Source: Paraspadella gotoi (taxonomy: Eukaryota; Animalia; Chaetognatha). From it: a stretch of DNA of 20,220 nt. Positions within the stretch are counted from its first letter, which is position 1. Each line of letters opens with the position of its first letter. The notes below the pieces were generated by a model. It was not told where the DNA came from. It saw nothing but the letters and a program-made list of their open reading frames with translations, and did no database searches. The stretch is from assembly GCA_051294375.1 (NCBI GenBank), contig JBJCIZ010000731.1:1-20220 (forward strand), written 5' to 3'. This document shows, piece after piece, positions 11,059 to 20,220 of the stretch. A program made the translations under genes and the position numbers.

Positions 11059-11135
11059 GGGTTTGAACCCGAGACTCACGAGCAACAGAATTATTTCCGA
11101 GTTCGTCTATGAAAACGAGCGACCGATGGGGGCTT
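11059..11135 (-). mobile_element. Degenerate tRNA-derived (SINE-like) head; duplicate at ~5583-5660
   Basis: Minus strand has B-box GGTTCAAACCC (11069-11059), preceded by a small gctc-gt-gagt hairpin like a variable arm and a weak A-box-like gcccccatcggtcgctcg. No full cloverleaf. Confidence 0.35.
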
Positions 11136-11696
11136 TTGTTGTTTCGCCACGAAGGATCAATTATCATTTTCTTTTGGGTGAGCAGAGTTTAAAGTCGTTA
11201 AAAACTTTTTGAAAGTACTCTACGTTGCTAATATGAAAAGGGGCATAGGCCGATTGAATTTAAAGATTTGTGAGTATTGGGTTTGAAAAAGGGAAAGAGA
11301 TATATGCACGAAATAAAAAATTAAAAGTTAAAAGTTGAGGCAAAGGATTCGACAATAGATGTAGTGGTGTATTACGCAACGCCCAGGTTTGGCAGGGTGA
11401 GCCTGAGCAATGCTTGCTTCATTCTGTCAACAAAAGAGAACAGAGGAAAAAAGAAAAGTAAAGAAAGGAAGAGAAGGAGAAAAAAAACATAAGAGGCAGA
11501 GATATTAAAGAGACACTTGTTGAAAAAGAAAAAGATTTAGTCAGGGGATCGTAAGTCTTTCTTCAAAGGCAAGAATCTCTCTCTCTCTCTCTCTCTCCCT
11601 CTCACAAATCTCACTCCATCGACAAAAAACGTCGCTTCTTCGTCCAAAAATCCAAAGACATTTGCGACGAATCGACGGAATTTACGCAGAGGGCGA

Positions 11697-11772
11697 GGTC
11701 ACGTGGTCATTGGTCACTGGTCACGTGGTCACTGGTCACGTGGTCGCTGGTCAGAACTGTCCTCCCGGTCAC
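11697..11772. promoter_or_regulatory. Cluster of three GGTCACGTGG E-boxes within a TGGTCAC micro-repeat
   Basis: GGTCACGTGG at 11697-11706, 11719-11728 and 11734-11743. The motifs are directly visible; function is inferred only. Confidence 0.35.
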
Positions 11773-12448
11773 TTGGACAAAAAGGTCAAGTATGTCCCTT
11801 TGACGTCGAAAGGGAAAAAAATTATTTGACTTAAAAAAAAAAGAGGGAGTGAGGGAGGGAGAGGGAGAGGGAGAGGGAGAGAGAGAGAGAGAGAGAGATA
11901 AAATAAATGAATGAATGAATCAATGAATGAATGAATAAATGAATGAAAAAATATTTAAATTTATATATTTATTTATCTACCAATTTCGTCCGTTTATAAC
12001 GAGTTAATAAAGGATGAAATTATTTTTATTCTTTTACATCAAACGCAATCCGTCGCTTTTTTGAATTAATGTCTTTTCGCGCCAAAAAAAAAAGATTTTT
12101 TTGACTTTTCAACTTTTTTTTCTTTGTGGCAAAATTTTTTTTTCTTACACCAAAACAGTTGGAAAACTTTTTTGTTTTTATAAGCGGGACAGCATCTTCC
12201 TTTTTTTCTGAATTCATTATAAATATTAAATTTTTTTAAATTCATGTATTTAAATATAATTATTTTAATTATTCTTTATAAAACAAACCTTGTATATTCA
12301 TTATTTTTATTTTAAAAAAGAAATAATTTTATATATTTTTGTTGGGAATTCTGTTAGTGTTATAATAAAATTAATACAATCAAAAAAAAGGCTTTATTAT
12401 AAAATGAATTTTATTGTCACCGCATCATTGCATTTACTGCTCGTTATT

Positions 12449-12484
<36 letters not shown>

Positions 12485-13252
12485 TCTCTCTCTCAATCTC
12501 TCAATACGGAGCAAAAATGAATTATTCAAAAAGTTCTAAAGGCGAGAGTCGAATTTTTAGTTTTTCTTTATGTAAAATCGACGTCAAGAGACGAAAACAA
12601 CAAAGAGGAGACGCGAGACAAATACACTGTGCATAAGTAATTCAAAAGGAATTCAAAGGGAAAACAACTGTGGAAGCTTTTAACCTTCGTTACTTCGAGT
12701 TCAACGGGCAACGAAATTCAGCTTCAGCTACTAAAATCTCTCGATGAATCTTTTATACAAATCAGTTTTAATCTTTGCTTTTATTATATATAAAATCAAG
12801 TAACGAAGGTTATGGTTGGAGATTAAGTAACTTTTTGGTTCAGGATTATCATTAGTGATTGTAGTTAGGATTTAAGGTCAAGAATAGAGGTTTACGATTA
12901 TGGGTTATGGTTGGAGATTAGCGAATAGGGTTAAAGATTAGGTGAGAGTTAAGATTTAGGATTAGGGATTGAGTTACGTGGTTGGCAAGAGATTATGGTT
13001 TTATATTAAAATCCGAATTTAAAACAGAGCCATTCAGTCGGCAGCAAATTACAAACACTACTCTGTTTAAATTTAAACATACAAACTTAAGAAACGTTCT
13101 TAATTTTATCATCTCACTTAAACCTCCTTATTTACCAATCAATCAATCAATCATCTCTCGACGAACCAAGCATCATCACTCGCATCACAAGGAATCATTT
13201 CACTCCAAGTTTCACAATCACATCTTCGTCATTCGCTTCACGGTGAACTTAC

Positions 13253-13352
13253 CAAATCGTGATCCAACGAGTGAGTGAGTGAACCTCCAAAGTTATAAAG
13301 CTGAGGAATTCCGTGAAGTTCAGCTGAGGCGGGAGCGAGGTAAACTTGGTTG
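13253..13352 (-). CDS. Probable cytoplasmic-tail exon of the IgSF gene (indel-damaged duplicate at 7938-8045)
   Basis: Acceptor ttgttacag|, donor TTG|GTAAGT, 100 nt. Open when entered from a phase-2 intron: (S)NQVYLAPASAELHGIPQLYNFGGSLTHSLDHDL. Confidence 0.6.
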
Positions 13353-13433
13353 CTGTAACAATAGGAACAAAATTAATTATATTATATTGTAGTGGTAGTA
13401 TTTCATACCCCACTACTCGTCCGAGAATCTGCA

Positions 13434-13630
13434 GCACCTATGGCGCCGGAGGTAGCACGAGCTCCTCCCAACCCAAAGGACTCGGGTTCGCACCCTGCTG
13501 ATTCACACAAGTAAAAGCGGGACGGGGCGTCTAACCCACCTGTAGTGTCGGACTACAGCCCGATCCGAAGTTCGGAACCTTGTGTGCAACGGACGGTAAA
13601 CTGCTCGCGGCATCGTCTTCCACAATATTA
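13434..13630 (+). mobile_element. tRNA-derived SINE-like element with a structured body (duplicate ~8135-8330)
   Basis: A-box-like TGGCGCCGGAGG (13441-13452) and B-box-like GGTTCGCACCC (13485-13495) at tRNA-like spacing, followed by a GC-rich body with several inverted repeats. No intact anticodon arm. Confidence 0.55.
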
Positions 13631-13670
13631 TAATTACCCTTTATTTGCAACGATTCCCCTTTGATCACTT

Positions 13671-13970
13671 TGCCACTCTCCATTTCCACTTCAATATGCC
13701 ACTTTACATTGCAACTTCCCACTACCACTTCCCATTTTTAATTCCCATAGCCACTTCCAATTGCCACTTATCGACGCCACTTTGTTTTGCCACGTCCCAT
13801 TGCCACTCCCAATGCCACATAATATTGCCTCTACTCATTGCTACTTCCCCTTGACACTTCCCAGTTAAACTTCCAATTACCTTTTCCCACTGCCACTTCT
13901 CAACGCCACTTTCCATTGCCACTTCCCACTGCCACTTCTCATTGCCACTTCCAATTGTCACTTCCCAATA
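13671..13970 (+). repeat. 13-bp minisatellite GCCACTTCCCA(C/T)T, ~23 units; noisier copy at ~8370-8720
   Basis: e.g. gccacttcccact gccacttctcatt gccacttccaatt gtcacttcccaat at ~13918-13969. Confidence 0.9.
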
Positions 13971-14028
13971 AACCCCCTAAAATAGCTCGCCCCAAACCCA
14001 CCCCCACCTCCCCCCACTCCGGTGTCAC

Positions 14029-14147
14029 CTCTCGGAATCCGGTTGGAAGATGAGTCCTCGTTGTAGAGAATGAGAATCGTGAGGGCGACGAACTACGAGG
14101 AGGAAGAGGAGAGGCGAGAGGACGATCAGCTCGAGGAGCCGATGCGT
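14029..14147 (-). CDS. Probable transmembrane exon of the IgSF gene (frameshifted as assembled; duplicate at 8796-8932)
   Basis: Follows a long pyrimidine tract ending cccag|; donor AG|GTGACA. Fragments from the two copies (RRIGSP, ELIVLS, LFLLV, ALTILILY, KRRTHLP) combine into a hydrophobic helix followed by a basic KRR. Needs indel correction, so it is an inference. Confidence 0.5.
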
Positions 14148-15458
14148 CTGGGTAGAGGGGAGGAGTTGGAGGGGGGAGGGAGGTGAGGGGAGGAGAGAGA
14201 GGGAGGGGAAGACAGGGAGGGGGAGGGGAGAGGGAGGTGATGGGGAGGAGAGGAAGGGGAAGACAGGGATAGGGGAAGGGGAGGAAGGGAGGGAGAGAGA
14301 AGGAAGGAGGAAGAGGGAGGGGAAGAGAGGGAGGGGAGGGAAGGAGAAGAGAGAGAGGGAGAAAGGGAGGAAAGAAAGAAGAGGAGGAGAGAGGGAGATA
14401 AGAAGGAAGGGAGGAAGGGAGAGAGAGAAAGGTGAGGAGAGAGTTAATTAGGATAATTTTCACACTCCCCCCATGTGAACCGGTCCTTACCCAAACAAAT
14501 ATAACTCACCCTGTCCCACCTCGACATTCACCGCAATCCCAACCGAACATCCTCTTTCTAGTTTCAAGTTTCAATCATTTCATTCGAATGAATATCAATG
14601 TTGGTCGCCATCGGACGTTCGTTGTCACATCGTTGTCGTCGTCGTCCTTCGTCCTTCGTCGTCCTCTTTATTCCTCTGAGAGAACAGTGAACACAACCTC
14701 TGTCGGTGACAGTTCTTGCGCAGTAAATAAAAGAGACGATTCACTGGCGGTGAATCAAAAAAGATTTTGAAATAAAAAAGGAAAATGAGAAGAATAAAAA
14801 TCTCTGGCAGAGAGAGAGCGAGACAATGGAGGAAAGGAAAATTGAGAGGGAGAGAGAGGAGGAAAGGAAAGGGAGAAAAGTGGAGGAATGAGAAGAGAGA
14901 CAAGGGATGAAAGAAGAGAGAGAGAATGGAGGAAAGGAAAGGGAGGAAAACGAGGGAGAAGTAGGAGGGATGGGGAGGGAGTAAAAAAGAGAGAAGGAGG
15001 GAAGGGAAAGAGAAAAGAGGAAGAGAGAGGAGGAAAGATGGTAGGAGGAAAAAATAAAGGAACGAAAGGAAGGATAGAATGGGATAAAGGAAAGGAGGGA
15101 GAAGAAAGAGGAAAGGGGGGAAAAGAAATAAAACATTTTTATGTAGTAAATATAGATGAAAGGTGGAAGGTATAAAATAAAAGACAAGGAAGAGAGGAAA
15201 ACGAGGAAGAGATGAAAAGAAGGACAAAGAAAAAGAAGAGGAAGAGGAAGAAGATGAGGAGGATGTGGATGAGTTGGAGGACTCGATCCATCGACGGATG
15301 ATTAAGCGACGGGGGAGGACGACGACGATGACGACGACCACGACGACGACGACGACAAAAGAAGAAAGAGAGAGAAAAAAGTCTCTATTAACCGAAAATT
15401 AATAGCATCGGAGAAAAAAGATAAAAATCAATTAGGAATGGAGAGGGAGAGGGAGAGA

Positions 15459-15511
<53 letters not shown>

Positions 15512-15639
15512 ATAAAGAGAGCAGGGACAGCATTAAGCGTCTCCTAGTAACAAGGACAGAGTGGTCGTTAAGTTTTCCTTTTTTTCCCTTATATCATTTC
15601 TTTCATGTATGAAGTTTAAATGAAACATACGTTTGGACT

Positions 15640-15760
15640 TGAATGAATGAATGAATGAATGAATGAATGAATGAATGAATGAATGAATGAATGGATGAAT
15701 TAATGAATGGATGAATTAATTAATTAATTAATTAATTAATTAATTAATTAATTAATTAAT
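15640..15760. repeat. Compound microsatellite (TGAA)n followed by (TTAA)n
   Basis: Direct reading. Confidence 0.95.
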
Positions 15761-16101
15761 GGATGAATGTATAAACGAGTGTCTAGTTGAAGAAATGAAT
15801 AATAGATGTTAAAACGAATGTCACAATGCAATATGATGATTTTTACATCAATAGCACTGGTCCTTTACTCATTGAACACCTGATTCCAAATATACTCTTT
15901 CTCTCTCACTCTCTCTCTCTCTTTCTCTCTCTCTTTATGAAGTCTGAGGGTCAACATTTGAAATCCGAAGAAACGGAAATCCATGAGGCGTCGTCGTCAT
16001 CGTCGTCGTCGTCGTCGTCGTCGACGTCATTGCCGACGACAAGAAAGGAGAGAAAGAACCCATGAGAGATATTGGACACAAGGAACGTGAGCGGGGAAGA
16101 T

Positions 16102-16203
<102 letters not shown>

Positions 16204-16589
16204 TATCTATTCATTCCTTCTTGTTCCTTTTGTCGTTTCTTTCGTCCAAAGAAAAATCTGATGTTCATCGGAAATTCGCCTCCTTTCATATTAAATATTA
16301 AATATTCGATATTAAATGATATTATATATCATAAAATACTTAAAATATCGAAAAAAAGAAAAGTAGAAATATTTTTTTAGTACGTATATCAGTTAAAGTA
16401 ACATCTCCACTGGATAAATCGATAAATGAACTAATAATCTATGAATCAATCAATCAATAAAACATTAAATCTATAAAATACTTAATGCGGAAAAGAAGGA
16501 ATGAATAAAAGAATTAATGTAGAAATGAATGAATATAAATGAAACTCGAGACTGAATATATATTATTATATATATTCATTATATATTAT

Positions 16590-17720
16590 TTTCTTTCTCC
16601 ATTTTCTTTCCTTTTTCTTTTCCTTTCCTCCCATTCTTCTTTTTTATTTCTTTCTTTTCTTTCTTTCTCACATTTTCTTTTCCATTTTTCTTTTCCTTTC
16701 CTCCATTATTCTCTTTTTATTTCTTTCTTTTCTTTCTTTCTCCATTTTCCCTTTCCTTTTCTTTTCCTTCCGTCCATTCTTTCTTTTTTTTATTTCTTTC
16801 TCTTTTTCTTTCTTTTTCTCCATTTCTTCCTTTTTCTTTTCCTTTCCTCCATTTCTCTTTCTTTTATTTTTTCTTTTCTTTCTTTCTCCATTTTCTTTCC
16901 TTTTTTTCTTTTCCTTTCCTCCATTATTCTTCTTTTAATTTCTTTCTTTTCCTTTCCTTTCTTCCATTTTCTTTTCCTTTTTCTTTTCCTTTCCTCCATT
17001 ATTCTTTTTTTATATTTCTTTCTTTTCTTTCTTTTCTCTTCATTTTCTTTCCTTTTTTCTTTTCCTTTCCTTCCATTTCTCCTTTTTTATTTCTTTTTTT
17101 TCTTTTCTTTTTTTTTCTTTTCTTTCTTTTTTCTTTTTTTTTTTTTCTCTTTTTCTTATTCTTTCTTTCTCCTTCTTCTCCTATTTTCCTTTTCCTTTTT
17201 CTGTTCTACATTATTCTTCTTTTATTTTTTTTTCCTTCTTTTTCTTTGCCTCTCGGAATCCCGTCCTTCAAAAAACCCTTTAGCGATTCTTTATCTGAAA
17301 ATTATTTTCTATTAGCTCACTCTCACTCTTCCTCTATCTCTAATTCTCTATCTTTCTTTCGCTCTCTTCTTATCTCCCACTTTCTATGAGCTCTCTTTCT
17401 TTCTTTGTTATTTTCTTTCTTTTAATCTATCTCTCCCTCCCTCCCCTCTTTCTCTTTCCCTCCCTCCCTCTCTTCCTCTGTCCCTTTCTCCCTCTCTCTC
17501 TCCTCCCTCTCTCCCTCCCTTCCTTTCTCCCCCTGCCTCTCTCCCTTTTCTTCCTTCCCTCTCCCTCCCTATCTCCCTTCATCCTTTCTCTCTCCACCTC
17601 TCCCTCCCCTCCTCTCTTTCCTCCCTCCCCCTCCTTCCCTCCCTCCTATTCCCTACCTCTCTCCCTCCCTCACTCCCTCCCTCTCCCTACCTCCATCCCT
17701 CCCTCCCTCTCCCAGCTTTC
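16590..17720. repeat. Long pyrimidine-rich low-complexity tracts (T/C at 16590-17250, C/T at ~17430-17720), intronic
   Basis: Almost G-free; contains a degenerate repeat resembling tttttcttttcctttcctccattattc. Confidence 0.9.
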
Positions 17721-17724
17721 TCAC

Positions 17725-17863
17725 CTCCCCCCATCCTCCCCCACTGCGGATTGGCTTCTAGATCCACCGCTAGATGGCGAAGACGTTCCTGTCGCCAACG
17801 CGGATCCAGAGACGCCGCGACCCAAATCCACTGTGAAGTTTTTCGTCGTCGTCCCCAGGGGGC
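17725..17863 (-). CDS. IgSF gene exon: last Ig strand plus Ser/Gly-rich stalk
   Basis: Acceptor ccccccaaag|, donor AG|GTGAGA, 139 nt, phase 1 to 2: GPLGTTTKNFTVDLGRGVSGSALATGTSSPSSGGSRSQSAVGEDGG. Phase matches the preceding exon. Confidence 0.75.
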
Positions 17864-17944
17864 CTTTGGGGGGTAGGAGGAGGAAGAGGAGGAGGAGGAG
17901 AAGGGAGAGAAAGATGAGAGGTTACACTTATGAAAAGTCGAAGG

Positions 17945-18065
17945 ATTGATTGATTTGATTAATTTGATTAATTTAATTGATTTGATGAATTTGATTAATT
18001 TGATTCATTTGATGAATTTTATTAATTTGATTCATTTGATTCATTTGATTCATTTGATTGATTGA
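17945..18065. repeat. 9-bp degenerate tandem repeat ATTTGAT(T/G)(C/A)
   Basis: atttgattaatttgattcatttgatgaa... by direct reading. Confidence 0.85.
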
Positions 18066-18171
18066 TGGACATACACTTTCAAAAATTCACAAGAGAGCCA
18101 GAGAGAGAGAGAGAAAAATACTTGATAAGATTCGGTTGTGAGCGAGACAAAGAAAGAAAGAAGGTATTGAG

Positions 18172-18237
<66 letters not shown>

Positions 18238-18285
18238 GGAGAGAGAGAGAGCACCCCCCGCTATCCCCGCCCTATTTTGTTTTAC

Positions 18286-18517
18286 CTAATATCCTGAGCA
18301 CCAGCGTGTAGTCCAACCCCTGATGGAACACCGTCCTATTGAGGATGAGGTGTGTCCTGGCGACTGAGGGACCCAAGACTGAGTACGACCCGTGACCCAA
18401 TTTGGAGTAGAGGCCGAACGAGGCGGAGTGGATCTCCCAAGAGATGTTGGGTTGAGGAAGGAGCGGGTTGGAGACGATCTCGCACGAGATAGAGACGTTA
18501 CGGGGGGAATAGACGGC
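18286..18517 (-). CDS. IgSF gene exon: Ig-like domain
   Basis: Acceptor ccctccccaag|, donor AG|GTAAAA, 232 nt, phase 0 to 1: AVYSPRNVSISCEIVSNPLLPQPNISWEIHSASFGLYSKLGHGSYSVLGPSVARTHLILNRTVFHQGLDYTLVLRILG. Has the Ig C-x3-SNP...W motif and N-glycosylation sequons NVS, NIS, NRT. Confidence 0.85.
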
Positions 18518-18561
18518 CTTGGGGAGGGTTTGAGATGTTTAAGGCGGGGTTTGGGCTTTGT

Positions 18562-18826
18562 TTTCCAAAAGCGTTCCATTTCCGATTAAATTTGGAATTG
18601 AAATTGTTTTTTAGGTTTAAAAGATGAGTTAGGGGATAAGAATTATGTTTAAGTATTTGGTTAGAGTTTTGGTTAGTAATTAGGGTTTATGGTTAGGAGA
18701 TAAAGTTAAATATTGGGGTTAAGAATCAGAGATAGGATATGGGGATGAGGGTTAAGGATTGGACAAAGCTTTTAAAAACAGATTACACTTAGTTATTAGG
18801 AACAGAAATGGTCCGCTTTTAGGAAA
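18562..18826. mobile_element. MITE-like element, copy A (imperfect ~21-bp TIRs, GGTTA/TTAGG-rich interior)
   Basis: Left end TTTCCAAAAGCGTTCCATTTC (18562-18582); right end GAAATGGTCCGCTTTTAGGAAA (18805-18826). No TSD identified. Confidence 0.6.
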
Positions 18827-18897
18827 TTGTGTACTTTATTGTGGGGTATTAATTTTGAGCCCAAGGTTCTTTTGCTTTTTTACCTTTATAAACTTAC

Positions 18898-19077
18898 CTT
18901 CGACCCAGAGCACTGGATCTTAGGCTTGAACTGGTACATGACGAGGAACTTTTGCGTATAAGGCATCCGTGAAGTGAGCACGGTCAAGTAGACCGTTACG
19001 TTTGAGGCGTGAAGCGAGAGCGCCCCGCGGTTTAAAAGAAGACTCACATGTTGTCCGCCGGAGAATTTCTCTACTCT
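18898..19077 (-). CDS. IgSF gene exon: second half of an Ig-like domain and start of the next
   Basis: Acceptor ccgtccaacag|, donor AAG|GTAAGT, 180 nt, phase 0 to 0: RVEKFSGGQHVSLLLNRGALSLHASNVTVYLTVLTSRMPYTQKFLVMYQFKPKIQCSGSK. Confidence 0.85.
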
Positions 19078-19362
19078 CTGTTGGACGGATGGATAAATTG
19101 ATTATTAAATTACTGATTGAATGAATGAATGAATGAATGAATGAATGAAGAACTAAACAAATAAATAAACAAATAAATAAATAAATGGACAAATGAATAA
19201 ATAAAATAATGAGTGAAGTGATTGTATTGATTGTTCAATTTGATAAATGAATTGATAAATAAATTTAATTAATAAAAAAAAACAAATCAAAATTAAAACT
19301 AGTTTTAAAATTCCTCATTCGAAACAAAATCAAAAACAAACAAAAAACAGAGTTTCGTCGAC

Positions 19363-19619
19363 CTGATGATCCGACATTGAATTGACGGTGATCTTTCGAT
19401 GACCCAAGTAAGACCAGGACATGTTGGCTTCAGGCACTTCTGGGTTGCTGTAGACGGAGCATCGCACCACGAAATGAGAATCCGTCTCCAGCGCGAACTG
19501 CGGCGAAGGGCACACCAGCTTGGGGCTGTAGAGGATGTTGAGAAAAGGGTAGCCGCAGTGGGGGCGATCCTGATGGGCCGTCCGCCAGGGGTGAGACACA
19601 TTGCAGGTCAGGTCTTTGC
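19363..19619 (-). CDS. IgSF gene exon: end of a C2-set-like Ig domain and start of the next
   Basis: Acceptor ctctttcccccgacgaaacag|, donor CAG|GTCGAC, 257 nt: GKDLTCNVSHPWRTAHQDRPHCGYPFLNILYSPKLVCPSPQFALETDSHFVVRCSVYSNPEVPEANMSWSYLGHRKITVNSMSDHQ. GKxLTCxVxHP...LNILYSP resembles nephrin/Kirre/CADM/sidestep-type adhesion molecules. An in-frame upstream acceptor at 19674 is also possible. Confidence 0.88.
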
Positions 19620-19799
19620 CTGTTTCGTCGGGGGAAAGAGAGAAAGGGGCAGAAGGAAGAGTTGGTTGGTGATTCTAAAAGTTGATTGGTGATTCTAAAA
19701 TTGGTTGATGATACTAAAAGGGGGACAAGGAGAAGTTGGTTGGTGATTCCTTATAAGAAAAACTTTGAAAACATTCACTCCTAGCAAAATTCGGTTCTC

Positions 19800-20011
19800 T
19801 TTCCAAAAAGCGACCATATCTATAATATCTAACCCCAATCTGTTACCAAATTCTGGCCCAAATTTATAACCAAACTTCTTAATCTTTAAACCAAATCTCT
19901 TAACCCTAATGCTTAACCCAAATAATTATCCTAATACTAATTAGGCTTAATCTTTAAACTGAAGAATTAATTCAATTCCGATTTTAGAACATAATGGGCC
20001 GCTCTTGGAAA
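19800..20011. mobile_element. MITE-like element, copy B (inverted relative to copy A, TAACC/CTAAT-rich interior)
   Basis: Left end TTTCCAAAAAGCGACCAT; right end AATGGGCCGCTCTTGGAAA (19993-20011). Subterminal ttcaattccgatttta resembles the reverse complement of copy A 18590-18602. Confidence 0.55.
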
Positions 20012-20050
20012 TTGAGGCCAAAAAATTCCCAAACGCTTCACAGTAACAAC

Positions 20051-20111
20051 CAAGAGTGGGGGGTGAGTGAAGTTGAAAAATATATATGATGGTGAGGATC
20101 GAACTCGCAAT
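20051..20111 (-). CDS. Candidate upstream IgSF exon (5' boundary uncertain)
   Basis: IASSILTIIYIFQLHSPPTLG with a phase-1 donor TTG|GTTGTT joins to KDLTCNVSHP, giving a sensible Ig E-to-F strand. The acceptor (gaaag|) is weak, and the stronger upstream cccag| is followed by an in-frame TGA. Confidence 0.4.
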
Positions 20112-20220
20112 CTTTCGGAATCACTGGGCCAAACAGAGGAAGAGGAGGAGGAGGAGGAGGAGGAAAAAATGATTCTTCCGGAAATCATCGCTTGCATTGA
20201 GAAGGTATGAGAGAGAGAGA

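Larger units (their letters stand above)
9071..14200 (+). repeat. Copy 2 of the ~5.3 kb tandem duplication
   Basis: Colinear with 3511-9045. The right end is approximate because it falls in a purine-rich tract. Confidence 0.95.

Noticed and set aside
12810-13030. Interstitial telomere
   Set aside because: Only scattered, degenerate TTAGG(G) words with no tandem array; better explained as a repeat-element interior.
13434-13500. Functional tRNA gene
   Set aside because: No proper acceptor or anticodon stems, a non-canonical T-loop and no oligo-T terminator directly after.
13512-13597. Twister-ribozyme resemblance (CGTC-TAAC...GTCGG-ACTACAGC-CCGA...GACG)
   Set aside because: The pseudoknot partner for the loop and the conserved AAG are missing; a simple hairpin ctgtagt/actacag explains the sequence.
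15230-15384. Poly-Val 'TM exon' from a (GTC)n repeat (DFFLSLSSFV9IV3LPRRLIIRR), in phase with the stalk exon after ttaatag|
   Set aside because: Hydrophobicity comes from a trinucleotide repeat also seen at ~14635 and ~15990, there is no good donor, and 14147-14029 is a better TM candidate. It cannot be fully excluded as an alternative exon.
16539-17315. 258-aa Phe/Leu/Ser-rich ORF; likewise 14625-15341, 17386-17949, 13939-14463, 5892-6500, 4991-5563, 10452-11039
   Set aside because: Translations of pyrimidine/purine tracts and (AG)n repeats, which lack stops for compositional reasons.
18286-19192. ORF-track proteins 18286..18579 and 18920..19192 (and 19305..19601)
   Set aside because: Wrong frames over real exons; the splice-consistent frames give Ig motifs.

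Overview
Eukaryotic DNA, probably an invertebrate metazoan, rich in (AG)n microsatellites and long purine/pyrimidine tracts. Four main components. (1) 672-1406 (-): a short stand-alone ORF with a coiled coil and the triple zinc knuckle typical of BEL/Pao retrotransposon Gag, with no protease/RT/integrase after it. Downstream on the same strand (177-499) is a structured block containing an array of hairpins with compensatory base changes; this is the most interesting signal. (2) ~3510-14200: two tandem copies of a ~5.3 kb unit separated by a 25-N gap. They differ mainly by small indels, so this is probably a long-read gap-filling artefact. The unit holds two minisatellites, two tRNA-like (SINE-like) heads and an E-box cluster. 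(3) A spliced minus-strand immunoglobulin-superfamily membrane protein gene that the ORF track mostly misses. Phase-consistent exons lie at 19619-19363, 19077-18898, 18517-18286 and 17863-17725, with a probable TM exon at 14147-14029 and a cytoplasmic exon at 13352-13253. Two of its Ig domains have an atypical cysteine pattern. (4) A small TIR-bounded element family with a telomere-like interior in its introns. Most other ORFs in the track are translations of low-complexity DNA. All alignments, folds and translations were done by eye; no searches were run.
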